A DNA stretch of 64,000 nucleotides from an uncultured Gemmatimonadota bacterium (GTDB lineage Bacteria > Gemmatimonadota > Gemmatimonadetes > Gemmatimonadales > Gemmatimonadaceae): contig CALCHX010000153.1 in the NCBI GenBank assembly GCA_937906875.1, positions 1,229-65,228 on the forward strand, in the 5' to 3' direction. Below the pieces are notes generated by a model. The model made no database searches, was not told the DNA's origin, and saw nothing but the letters and a program-made list of their open reading frames with translations. Every line of letters begins with the position of its first letter. Position 1 is the first letter of the stretch. The position numbers and the translations under genes were made by a program. Of this stretch, positions 38,658-47,638 are shown piece after piece.

Positions 38658-40087
38658 ACGCGCAGTGCTTCCTGCGCTGGGTGCAGGTCGATTCCGGCCA
38701 GCAACGGCTCGACGACCTCGGCCAGGAACTCGTCCACCTGCTGGGCGGATCGGCCGACGAAGCGCGACGGATCCGCGACTTCCTGCAGGTTGTCAATGCC
38801 CACGCCAAAGGCTGGATCGGCAGCCAGCCTGGTGAGCATGTCGTTCCTGGCGCCCTCGTGCTTCATGGCGCGCGCAGCCTCCAGGCTGTGCCGCCGGATG
38901 ACCTCATGCACCTCCTGGCGGTCCCCACCGGCATTCACCGCGCGAACGATGAGCTCCTCTGTCGCCATGAACGGCAACTCCTCGTTCAGGCGTTGGCGGA
39001 TGCGTGCCGGGTGCACCTCCAACCCGCTCGCCACGTTGGCACAGAGGACAAGAATGGCGTCGGTGGCGAGGAAGGACTCGGGGATCGCCAACCGGCGATT
39101 GGCACTGTCGTCCAGCGTCCGCTCGAAGTACTGGACGCTGTGGGTGAGGTTCGCGTTGGGCTCGAGCGTGAGGACGAAGCGGGCGAGGGCGGCAACACGT
39201 TCGGAGCGCATCGGGTTGCGCTTGTAGGCCATGGCCGACGAGCCGATCTGCTCCGCCTCGAACGGCTCCTCCATCTCGCCGAACGCCTGCAGCAGCCGGA
39301 TATCACCACTGAACTTGGAGGCGCTGCTGGCCACCCCGGCCACCACGCCCAGGATCTGCGCGTCGAGCTTCCGGGTGTAGGTCTGACCTGTTACGGGCAG
39401 GGAGGTACCGAAACCCATGGCCGCCGTGACCAGCGCGTCCAGCCGTCGCACCTTGCCATGGTCCCCCTCCAGCAACTGGAGGAAGCTGGCCTGGGTGCCC
39501 GTCGTTCCCTTGACCCCACGGAAGGGGAGGGTGTCGATGCGATGGGTGAGATCCTCATAGTCGAGCACGAAGTCCTGCATCCACAGGGTGGCTCGCTTGC
39601 CGACCGTGGTCAGTTGCGCAGGCTGGATGTGGGTGTAGCCGAGGGTCGGCTCGGCACGCCACTCACGGGCAAAGACGGCGAGCGCCTGGATGACGCTGCC
39701 CACCTTGGCTCGCAGCAACTCCAGCCCTCGCCTCATGAGTATGAGGTCGGCGTTGTCGGTCACGTAGGCACTGGTCGCGCCGAGGTGCAGATACGGACGG
39801 GCAGCGGGGGCGACGTCTCCGAAGGCGTGCACGTGCGCCATCACGTCGTGGCGGAACCGCCTTTCATAGGCCGCCACTGCCGTGAAGTCTATGTCATCCA
39901 GGTGTGAACGCATCTGCGCTATGGCCTCCGCCGGGATGTCGACCCCCAACTCGCGCTCTGCCTCGGCGAGCGCCAGCCAGAGCCGGCGCCAGAGTCCGTA
40001 ACGGTGGCTGGACGACCACAGCTGGAGCATGGCCTGCGAGGCATACCGCTCGGCGAGCGGAGACGAATAGCGGTCGTTGGCGGGCAT
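38654..40087 (-). CDS. purB: Adenylosuccinate lyase
   Basis: N-terminus [12 protein letters not shown] and the fumarate-lyase signature [10 protein letters not shown]. Confidence 0.95.
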   Translation of the reverse strand: MPANDRYSSPLAERYASQAMLQLWSSSHRYGLWRRLWLALAEAERELGVDIPAEAIAQMRSHLDDIDFTAVAAYERRFRHDVMAHVHAFGDVAPAARPYLHLGATSAYVTDNADLILMRRGLELLRAKVGSVIQALAVFAREWRAEPTLGYTHIQPAQLTTVGKRATLWMQDFVLDYEDLTHRIDTLPFRGVKGTTGTQASFLQLLEGDHGKVRRLDALVTAAMGFGTSLPVTGQTYTRKLDAQILGVVAGVASSASKFSGDIRLLQAFGEMEEPFEAEQIGSSAMAYKRNPMRSERVAALARFVLTLEPNANLTHSVQYFERTLDDSANRRLAIPESFLATDAILVLCANVASGLEVHPARIRQRLNEELPFMATEELIVRAVNAGGDRQEVHEVIRRHSLEAARAMKHEGARNDMLTRLAADPAFGVGIDNLQEVADPSRFVGRSAQQVDEFLAEVVEPLLAGIDLHPAQEALRV

Positions 40088-40217
40088 CGTATACCGAGGG
40101 CAGTGCGTTGGCGGCGGAAGGGCTCGTCCAATCCTTCAATAAAGCCCCGGTTACAGCAGAATTCCATGCCCTGTCGAGCCGCGCTCGCCCGTCAGCGCAG
40201 CCGCTGGCCGCCGACCG

Positions 40218-40886
40218 TCAGCCGTTCGTGAGCCTCCCCTTGGGCAGCCGGCTGAGGCTACCGAGCCAGCGATCCAACCCACGATCGGTGAGCGGGTGGA
40301 TGAGGAGTGAGCGCAGGACGTCAGGCGTGACCGCCACACCGTCCGCCCCGGCGCGAATCATCGTCGCGAACTCTGACGCATCGGTCGCCTCGGCGGCCAG
40401 AACGTCGCATTCCATGCCCGCGATGTCGAGCACAGCTCGTAGCTCCTCTATCACGCTCACCGCGTGTCGACCGTCGGCTCCCAGTTGGGCCACGAGGCAG
40501 GTCACCATCGACGCCCCGACCTTGGCCGCCAGGAGCGCCTGCGCCGGGCTGAAGACCAGGCTGGCCGCGACACGGACACCGTCGGCGCTCAGCCGGCCGA
40601 TCGTCCCGACCCCGTCGTCCACCAGAGGTACCTCGACCATGACCTGATCGCTCAGTCGGGCCAGTTCGCGCCCGTCCCGGTACATCTCATCGGCCCCCAT
40701 CGACTCCACGGAAGCGATGACAGGTCCTCGAACTGCGCGGCAGAGATCCTGTATGAGGCCGCGGGGGTCAGTGACGGCGCCGGCGCCGTGGAGAGCCTGA
40801 GGGCTGGTCAGAACTCCGTCGACGAGTCCGTTGCCAGCAGCCCAGGCCACCTGGTCCAATTCCGCCGTGGCGAGGAAGATCTTCAT
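40218..40886 (-). CDS. Transaldolase/FSA-fold protein with substituted catalytic residues (probable pseudoenzyme)
   Basis: 222 aa, colinear with short transaldolases (MKIFLATAELDQV...IHPLTDRGLDRW). The Schiff-base Lys position reads VMVEVP. The DTAN, TTNP and SPFxGR motifs are also altered. Confidence 0.7.
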   Translation of the reverse strand: MKIFLATAELDQVAWAAGNGLVDGVLTSPQALHGAGAVTDPRGLIQDLCRAVRGPVIASVESMGADEMYRDGRELARLSDQVMVEVPLVDDGVGTIGRLSADGVRVAASLVFSPAQALLAAKVGASMVTCLVAQLGADGRHAVSVIEELRAVLDIAGMECDVLAAEATDASEFATMIRAGADGVAVTPDVLRSLLIHPLTDRGLDRWLGSLSRLPKGRLTNG

Positions 40887-41662
40887 GTGCCGGAAAGATA
40901 GAGGTGAGCCGGATAGCTGACGTGCTCCAGGAAGAGCGCATGCGCCGGCGCGGGAGGGGAGACGCTGCTGTTGTCCCGTGCCTCAAGCAGCGCCGCGATG
41001 TCCTCGCTGTCGCGACGGCCGGTGGCTACGTCGAGCATGGTGCCGACCAGGAAACGGATCATGTGGTGGAGAAACCTGTTCGCCTCGACATGGAATACCA
41101 GTCGACAACCATCGGTCAGAGTCCATCGCGCATCGGAGATGACGCAACGATGGTCGTCCGTGGCGGGAGCGGTGCCGCGGACGGCGAACGCGAGAAAGGA
41201 GTGATCCCCAACGAGAACAGCCGCTGACGAGTCCAGCGATGCCCTGTCGATCGGGCGTCGGAAGGCCCACTCGTAACGTCGGCGGAAGGGGGACGCTGCA
41301 GCATCATCGAGCCCCACGTGATAACTGTAGCGACGGGCGACGGCGCTGAAGCGGGCGTGAAAATCGGCGCGCATCTCGTGCGCCTCGGCTACCCATGTAT
41401 CGTCGGGCAGGACGGCATTCAGTGCCTTCCTCAGGGTCTCAGGCGTCCATCGTTGGGGCACCTTCACTCCCACGGCAAGTCCACGGGAGTGGACCCCTGC
41501 ATCGGTCCGACCGGCTCCCTGGGCGGCGACCGGGAGATTGCAAAGCTTGCGCAACGCCGATTCCATCTCACCCTGGACAGTGCGTTGCAAGGGTTGCCGT
41601 TGCCAGCCGGCAAAGGCGGAGCCGTCGTAGTGCAGGACGAGCTTTACGTTGCGCGACGACAT
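40883..41662 (-). CDS. truA: tRNA pseudouridine(38-40) synthase TruA
   Basis: LVLHYDGSAFAGWQRQP and the catalytic Asp in GAGRTDAGVHS. The ATG at 41662 is preferred over the track start at 41749 because of the promoter geometry. Confidence 0.88.
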   Translation of the reverse strand: MSSRNVKLVLHYDGSAFAGWQRQPLQRTVQGEMESALRKLCNLPVAAQGAGRTDAGVHSRGLAVGVKVPQRWTPETLRKALNAVLPDDTWVAEAHEMRADFHARFSAVARRYSYHVGLDDAAASPFRRRYEWAFRRPIDRASLDSSAAVLVGDHSFLAFAVRGTAPATDDHRCVISDARWTLTDGCRLVFHVEANRFLHHMIRFLVGTMLDVATGRRDSEDIAALLEARDNSSVSPPAPAHALFLEHVSYPAHLYLSGT

Positions 41663-41669
41663 GGCGGGC

Positions 41670-41697
41670 AACTTACCGGAGCCGTCAATGCTGTCAA
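41670..41697 (-). promoter_or_regulatory. Candidate sigma70-type promoter of truA with leaderless geometry
   Basis: On the minus strand: TTGACA-N16-TAAGTT ending 7 nt before ATG 41662. Confidence 0.5.
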
Positions 41698-41734
41698 GGA
41701 GTTCGTGGACGCTCTCGCCGCGTGGCGGAAGCGA

Positions 41735-41762
41735 TTGACTTAGCAGCACGCACGACTAAACA
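41735..41762 (+). promoter_or_regulatory. Candidate divergent promoter for the GAF gene-trpD unit
   Basis: TTGACT-N16-TAAACA, about 45 nt upstream of ATG 41809. Confidence 0.35.
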
Positions 41763-41808
41763 TTCGCCTTCCTCCGGCCAGACCGGCCCGCTTAGCGCCA
41801 CGGCCCAA

Positions 41809-43119
41809 ATGAGCACCAGAACGCTCGCCAATCTGTCGCATTCGCTGAACGTCGCGCCTTCGCTCGACGGTGCGCTCGTTGCTCTCAACGAGGCACTGCT
41901 GGAGGTCGACCGCACGGCCACCGTGACCCTCTTCCGCTACGACGGCCGTCGCGGATTGCTTCGCGACCGGCTCACTCCGCGTGGTAACGCGATAGTCCGT
42001 CAGCTCCTCGAGGCGCGGCTGGACCACCTGCCGCCAGCCGTCTGCGCGGCCGTGGGAGCTGCTGGAGACTTCGTCGACCTTGGCGACCACTCGCTGGACT
42101 CGCTCCGACTGCTGGGGTGGACGCTGCCCGATCCGGATTCCCTGCTGGCCCTGCGCGGCCTGCGTGTGGATGGGCAGTTGAATGCCGTCGTGGCACTCTG
42201 CGAGTCACGAAAGGTCTTCGGCACGCGTACCATGGAGAGTTTCAGCCCTGCCGTCGCCCTCTTCGAACTCGCCTTCAGCCGCTTTGCCGACCGGGAGGCA
42301 CGCGAGGAAGCGGTGCGCACACTGGAGGATGTCACCCAGCGCGTCCACGGCGAATACGTGCGCCGCCTGGGTGAGCTGGAGCGCGCCCTGCTCGAGGCAC
42401 GTGATCAGGCGGAACGTGCGCCAGAACTGCGGTCTCCCGCCGAGCTGGCGGCGGAACGGGCCACCGCTGCGGCGGCTGAGGAGGTGCGTCGGGCGACGCG
42501 TCGATCGCAACAGTTCGAGGAGCAACTCACCGCTGCCATCGGCCAGCTCGAGCAGGCGCACATGGAACTCCACCGGCGGAGCGAGGCGCTCCGTCAGCGC
42601 ACACGCACGCTCTACCTTCTGGACAAGGTTCTCACCCTTGACGCCGAGAGCCTGGACCCGCGCCAGTTGGTGGACGGCCTGCTGGCACTGGTAGGGGACG
42701 ACATGCAGGCGCAGCGATGCTCTCTCGTCCTCCGGGCGCCGGAGCCCGGCTCACTGTACCTCGCTGCAGCGAGGGGAATCGCCCCCCATGTCATCCACGG
42801 AGTCAGAATCATGCTTGGCGAGGGGGTGGCCGGACGGGTGGCAGAGTCCCGGGAACCACTTCTGGTTCAGGACGTGGATGAAGCACAGGCCCACCCCCTC
42901 CTCCGGGATCAGTATTTCACTACCGGGAGCTTCATCAGCTTCCCTCTCCAGTACCACGGAGAGTTGATAGGAGTGCTCAACCTCACCAATCGCGCCCAGC
43001 GCGGCATCTTTGGTGAGGCGGACGTGGAGCGGGTGCGCCTGCTGGCGCTGGTCATATCGCTCGTGGCCTGTCACGCTCGATTGCCCGAACGGTTGCTGGA
43101 TTCGCTGCATGCAGCCTGA
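41809..43119 (+). CDS. GAF-domain protein with a central coiled coil and no output domain
   Basis: 436 aa starting at MSTRTLANL. The C-terminal GAF reads GEGVAGRVAESREPLLVQDV...GELIGVLNLTN. A long Arg/Glu/Ala coiled coil occupies the middle. The track ORF start at 41395 lies antisense to truA. Confidence 0.7.
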   Translation: MSTRTLANLSHSLNVAPSLDGALVALNEALLEVDRTATVTLFRYDGRRGLLRDRLTPRGNAIVRQLLEARLDHLPPAVCAAVGAAGDFVDLGDHSLDSLRLLGWTLPDPDSLLALRGLRVDGQLNAVVALCESRKVFGTRTMESFSPAVALFELAFSRFADREAREEAVRTLEDVTQRVHGEYVRRLGELERALLEARDQAERAPELRSPAELAAERATAAAAEEVRRATRRSQQFEEQLTAAIGQLEQAHMELHRRSEALRQRTRTLYLLDKVLTLDAESLDPRQLVDGLLALVGDDMQAQRCSLVLRAPEPGSLYLAAARGIAPHVIHGVRIMLGEGVAGRVAESREPLLVQDVDEAQAHPLLRDQYFTTGSFISFPLQYHGELIGVLNLTNRAQRGIFGEADVERVRLLALVISLVACHARLPERLLDSLHAA

Positions 43120-43127
43120 GCGCCAGG

Positions 43128-44201
43128 GTGGCGATGGAGCCTCTCGTGGCTGCTGATGCATTGCGGGACGCGATCCGAAGGCTGGCTGGTGGCGACTCGC
43201 TGAGCCAGAGGCAGACCGCTGCTGCCTTCACCGACGTGATGGAAGGCAGCGCGAGCCCGGCACAGATTGCCGCGCTCCTCATCGGCCTGCGCGTGAAGGG
43301 TGAGACGGCCGATGAAGTGGCCGGAGCGGCGATGGCGATGCGTGCCGCGATGATCGCGCTGCCGGCACGTGATCCGGCGAGCCTCGTGGACACCTGCGGT
43401 ACGGGCGGTGGCGCTCTCTCCACCTTCAACATCAGTACGGCGGCGGCCCTCGTCGCTGCCGGAGCCGGGGCGCGGGTCGCCAAGCACGGCAATCGTTCCT
43501 TCACCTCCAGGTGCGGAAGCGCCGACGTGCTGGAGGCGCTGGGCGTGGACATCGAGGCGTCGGTCGTCGTAGCCTCGGACGTGCTGGAGGAGGCAGGAAT
43601 CGTCTTCATGTACGCGCCACTCATGCATCCGGCCATGCGACACGTGGGACCGGTCAGGCGCGAACTCTCGGTTCCAACGGTGATGAACATCGTGGGACCG
43701 CTGGCCAACCCGGCCTCTGCCGGTCGACAGGTCATTGGCGTGGCTGATGCCGACAGGGTGGAACTGCTGGCCGGCGCACTCGCCGCGTTGGGCTCGGTGC
43801 ACGCGCTGGTCGTGCACGGTCAGCCGGGGCTGGACGAGATATCTCCTCTGGGCAGGACGCTCGTCCTGGAGGTGCGTGAGGGAGTCATCAGCCAATGGTT
43901 CATAGATCCAGCCAGCCTCGGCCTCCCGGATGTCACACCCGCCGAACTCGCCGGCGGCTCGCCGGCCGAGAACGCCGCCCTGGTAGCGGAGGTGCTGGCT
44001 GGTGGAGGGCCCGCCGGCGCGCGCGCCGCGGTGGCGCTGAATGCGGCCGCGGCACTGTATGCGGCCGCTGTCGTGGAGGACTTCCCAGCCGGCCTCAGGC
44101 TGGCGAACGAGGCGCTTCACGACGGTGCGGGCGCCACGGCCCTGGACCGCATGCGCACCGCCTATTCTGCCGCCGCCGCTCGCCACCGCTGGACGAAGTA
44201 G
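43128..44201 (+). CDS. trpD: Anthranilate phosphoribosyltransferase
   Basis: Motifs DTCGTGGG, FNISTAAALVAA and VAKHGNRS. Confidence 0.92.
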   Translation: MAMEPLVAADALRDAIRRLAGGDSLSQRQTAAAFTDVMEGSASPAQIAALLIGLRVKGETADEVAGAAMAMRAAMIALPARDPASLVDTCGTGGGALSTFNISTAAALVAAGAGARVAKHGNRSFTSRCGSADVLEALGVDIEASVVVASDVLEEAGIVFMYAPLMHPAMRHVGPVRRELSVPTVMNIVGPLANPASAGRQVIGVADADRVELLAGALAALGSVHALVVHGQPGLDEISPLGRTLVLEVREGVISQWFIDPASLGLPDVTPAELAGGSPAENAALVAEVLAGGGPAGARAAVALNAAAALYAAAVVEDFPAGLRLANEALHDGAGATALDRMRTAYSAAAARHRWTK

Positions 44202-44272
44202 GAGCGGCTGGAACAGACGGGTTGACGGTGGGCCACGGACGACCGATGGTTCCAGTCAGGATCCTTCCAGCG

Positions 44273-44881
44273 TCAATACCGGCGGAGCACCCCGACAACG
44301 ATACCCTGAATGGTTATGTCGTTCTCGTGGAGATAGATGGGCGCCATCGTCTCGTTCGCCGGCTGAAGACGTATTCGCCCATCCCGCTCCCGATAGAACT
44401 TCTTCACCGTTGCCGAACTGCCGTGCGTCAGCGCGATCACCATCTCGCCGTTGTCAGCGCTCTGGCGTTCATGCACCACCACGAAATCGCCATCCAGGAT
44501 CTGTTCGTCGACCATCGAGTTGCCACGAACGCGGAGGGCGAAGTGATTACCCGATCGGCGGACGAAGCTGTCCGGAACCGCGATGCTCTCGCCAGTAGCC
44601 AGCTCCTCGATGGGCAGTCCGGCCGCCACCGTACCCAGTAGCGGCAACTCGACTGCCTGCCGGGAGTGCCGGCTGGGCAGGATCTCGATCGCCCGGCTCT
44701 CGTTGTAGCTCCGACGAATGTAGCCCTTGCGTTCGAGGTTGCTCAGGTGCTCATGAACAGTGGCGAGTGAGCTATAGTCAAACTTGTGCGCGATCTCCTC
44801 GAAGCTGGGCGCGTAGCCGCGGTCAGCCACATAGTCAGAAAGGAAGTCGAGAATCTCGCGCTGGCGCTTCGTCAGCGGCAT
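44273..44881 (-). CDS. lexA: LexA repressor
   Basis: N-terminal wHTH, Ala-Gly cleavage site (VAAGLP), Ser nucleophile (RGNSM) and Lys (TVKKF). Confidence 0.93.
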   Translation of the reverse strand: MPLTKRQREILDFLSDYVADRGYAPSFEEIAHKFDYSSLATVHEHLSNLERKGYIRRSYNESRAIEILPSRHSRQAVELPLLGTVAAGLPIEELATGESIAVPDSFVRRSGNHFALRVRGNSMVDEQILDGDFVVVHERQSADNGEMVIALTHGSSATVKKFYRERDGRIRLQPANETMAPIYLHENDITIQGIVVGVLRRY

Positions 44882-44920
44882 GGCACGCCCCGTAGGAAGA
44901 GAATAGCTTCAGTTCTGGAC

Positions 44921-44960
44921 GGTTGACGTTCCCGAACACCGGCCGAAGTCCACGTTAACC
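44921..44960. promoter_or_regulatory. Inverted repeats in the lexA/trpC divergent intergenic region (candidate operator, unproven)
   Basis: GGTTGACGT (44921..44929) pairs with ACGTTAACC (44952..44960) at 8/9 positions. The palindromic GTTC-cc-GAAC at 44928..44937 sits inside. Confidence 0.25.
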
Positions 44961-44965
44961 GAAGA

Positions 44966-45802
44966 ATGACCGAAGTGCAAGCACTCACAAGCTGGAAGCC
45001 ACCTGAAGGGATGTTGGGCGTATTGATCGCCGACGCGGAAAAGCGAGCCGGACTGCTCGGCTCCCGCGCCTCCCTTCTGCGCCGTCATGCCGCTGCCTCG
45101 CCGGCACCGCCAGCATTCGGCGCTGCCCTGGCGAGCGGGAAGTCCGTGGCCGTCATTGCCGAGCTGAAACGTCGGTCTCCATCCAGGGGCGACATCAACG
45201 CGGCGCTCGACCTCGAGACGCGTGCCCGGGCCTACGTCGACGGTGGAGCCGCGGCGCTGTCGGTGCTCACCCAGACGTCGCATTTCGGCGGAACCGCGGC
45301 GGACCTTGCCGACGTGGCCGCGGTCGTCGACAGGCCGCTGCTGCGGAAGGACTTCATCGTCTCTCCACTACAGATCGTGGAGGCGCGGGGTCTCGGAGCG
45401 TCAGCGGTGCTGCTCATTGCCCGCGGACTCTCTCCGACGCTTCTCCGGTCGCTGGCAGTGGCAGCCGGTGACGAAGGCCTGGAGACGCTCATCGAGGTGC
45501 GAGACGAGGCGGAACTGGAGCGGGCCCTGGAGTCCCGCGCCAACGTTGTCGGCGTCAACAACCGGAATCTGGAAACACTGGCGATCGACGCCGCGGTGAG
45601 CGAGCGGCTCATTCCGCTGATTCCGCCCGGGGTGCCCGCCGTCTATGAAAGTGGCATCTCCGACAGGAGCGGGGTGGATCACGCGGCCCGCTGTGGCGCC
45701 GATGCCGTGCTGGTGGGTTCGAGTCTCTCCGCGGCCCCTGAAGGCGTCGCGGCCGTGCGCGCCCTCGTCGGCGTCACCCGACTGGGCCGTGGCGAGCGTT
45801 AA
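44966..45802 (+). CDS. trpC: Indole-3-glycerol phosphate synthase
   Basis: Motifs IAELKRRSPS, LRKDFIV and VNNRNLETL. Confidence 0.9.
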   Translation: MTEVQALTSWKPPEGMLGVLIADAEKRAGLLGSRASLLRRHAAASPAPPAFGAALASGKSVAVIAELKRRSPSRGDINAALDLETRARAYVDGGAAALSVLTQTSHFGGTAADLADVAAVVDRPLLRKDFIVSPLQIVEARGLGASAVLLIARGLSPTLLRSLAVAAGDEGLETLIEVRDEAELERALESRANVVGVNNRNLETLAIDAAVSERLIPLIPPGVPAVYESGISDRSGVDHAARCGADAVLVGSSLSAAPEGVAAVRALVGVTRLGRGER

Positions 45803-46439
45803 GTTCTGCGGCCTCACCCGCGCCCGGGACGCCGAGCTCGCAGTCGAGCTCGGCGCGGACTACGTGGGTGTGATCCTTGCGAGCGGGCCGCGTCTGCTCG
45901 ACACAGGACGGGCGCGTGAAGTGCTCGCCGCCGTACCCGGCCATGTGAAGCGGGTGGGTGTTTTTGGCAGTCAGGAGCTCGGCCGGATCGCAGCCCAGGT
46001 GGAATCGATCGAGCTGGACGTCGTGCAGCTCCATACTGCGCGTGGCCGCGACGAGATCGAGAAACTTCGCAGTCTCCGGGCGGTCGAGCTGTGGGCCGTC
46101 ATGCGGGTAGCCGATGGGGTCCTTCCGATTGACTATGAGGATCTCGCAGCCTGCGCTGACGCCGTGGTCATTGACTCCCTGGTCCACGGCGCACTGGGCG
46201 GCACCGGAGTCGCGACGGACTGGCCGGCCCTTGCGGCCTCACTCGAAGCCCGGGGTCGCCCTCGCCGGCTCGTCCTGGCCGGCGGACTACGTCCCGGGAA
46301 TGTTGCGCGCGCGATGAGAATTCTCCGGCCCGATATCGTCGACGTGTCATCAGGCGTCGAAGTCAGCCCTGGCGTCAAGGATCCGCGGCTCATGCGCGCC
46401 TTTGCCCGATCCGTCCTCTCCACCGACATCACTACATGA
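45789..46439 (+). CDS. trpF: Phosphoribosylanthranilate isomerase
   Basis: VKFCGLTR...[12 protein letters not shown] 45789 overlaps the trpC end. The track start at 45645 lies inside trpC. Confidence 0.85.
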   Translation: MASVKFCGLTRARDAELAVELGADYVGVILASGPRLLDTGRAREVLAAVPGHVKRVGVFGSQELGRIAAQVESIELDVVQLHTARGRDEIEKLRSLRAVELWAVMRVADGVLPIDYEDLAACADAVVIDSLVHGALGGTGVATDWPALAASLEARGRPRRLVLAGGLRPGNVARAMRILRPDIVDVSSGVEVSPGVKDPRLMRAFARSVLSTDITT

Positions 46440-47638
46440 CCTCCCTCGACCTCCTGACAAGCACGGCGAGCGATCGCTTCGGCGCCTTCGGCGGCCGCTA
46501 CGTTCCGGAGACCCTCATCCCCGCGCTCGAGCAGCTCACGGCGGCATACAGGGAGGCAATGGCCGACCCTGCCTTTCGCGATCGTCTGGACACCGAGCTG
46601 CGCGACTATGTGGGTCGTCCGTCGCCGTTGAGCACGGCGCCCCGGTTCTCCGAACTGGTCGGTGCGCCGGTCTTTCTCAAGCGAGAAGACCTCAACCACA
46701 CCGGCGCACACAAGATCAACAACACGGTGGCGCAGGTCATGTTGGCCATGCGCATGGGCAAGCGACGCATCATTGCCGAAACCGGCGCCGGCCAGCATGG
46801 TGTGGCAACCGCAACGGTGTGCGCGCGTTACGGCCTGGAGTGCGTCGTGTACATGGGCGAGGAGGACATGCGGCGGCAGGAACTCAACGTCTTCCGCATG
46901 CGCCTGTTGGGGGCCACGGTGCGGCCGGTGAGCAGCGGCACTCGTACGCTGAAGGATGCCACGACCGAGGCTATCCGCGACTGGGTAACCACCGTCTCCG
47001 ACACCCATTACATCATCGGCTCGGTGGTCGGTCCCGCTCCCTATCCACGAATGGTACGCGACTTCCAGTCGGTGATCGGTCAGGAGGCACGTCAGCAGAT
47101 GCTCGCGTCGGTTGGTCGCCTGCCGCGGACGGTGGTGGCCTGTGTGGGCGGCGGCAGCAACGCCATGGGCATATTCCATCCGTTCGTCGATGACGCCGAG
47201 GTCCAACTGGTAGGCGTGGAAGCTGCGGGCGAGGGGCTGGATACTGGACGTCACAGCGCCTCGCTGAGCCGTGGGCGTCCCGGAGTTCTTCACGGTGCCA
47301 TGAGTTACCTGCTTCAGGATGACGCTGGTCAGATACATCCCGCGCACTCCATCTCCGCCGGACTCGACTATCCCGGTGTGGGTCCGGAGCACTCCCACCT
47401 GCTGGAAACCGGGCGCGCCGAGTATGTCGCCGTCGATGACCGGTCCGCTCTGGACGGGGTGCTCATGCTCAGTCGGCTGGAGGGCATCATCCCGGCGCTG
47501 GAGACGGCACACGCGGTTGCCTGGATAGCCCAGCAGCGCGGCCGCTGGACCTCCGAGGAGCCGGTGCTTCTCTGTGTGAGCGGTCGCGGTGACAAGGACG
47601 TCGCCCAACTCAGCACCATGGGGCTTGCTGACGGATGA
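46436..47638 (+). CDS. trpB: Tryptophan synthase beta chain
   Basis: PLP-Lys motif [11 protein letters not shown] and GGGSNAMG; 400 aa. Confidence 0.95.
   Translation: MTSLDLLTSTASDRFGAFGGRYVPETLIPALEQLTAAYREAMADPAFRDRLDTELRDYVGRPSPLSTAPRFSELVGAPVFLKREDLNHTGAHKINNTVAQVMLAMRMGKRRIIAETGAGQHGVATATVCARYGLECVVYMGEEDMRRQELNVFRMRLLGATVRPVSSGTRTLKDATTEAIRDWVTTVSDTHYIIGSVVGPAPYPRMVRDFQSVIGQEARQQMLASVGRLPRTVVACVGGGSNAMGIFHPFVDDAEVQLVGVEAAGEGLDTGRHSASLSRGRPGVLHGAMSYLLQDDAGQIHPAHSISAGLDYPGVGPEHSHLLETGRAEYVAVDDRSALDGVLMLSRLEGIIPALETAHAVAWIAQQRGRWTSEEPVLLCVSGRGDKDVAQLSTMGLADG

Noticed and set aside
41395-41808. A 138-aa N-terminal extension of the GAF-protein ORF.
   Set aside because: It overlaps truA on the opposite strand and the truA/GAF divergent promoter region. 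ATG 41809 follows a plausible promoter and begins the conserved part.
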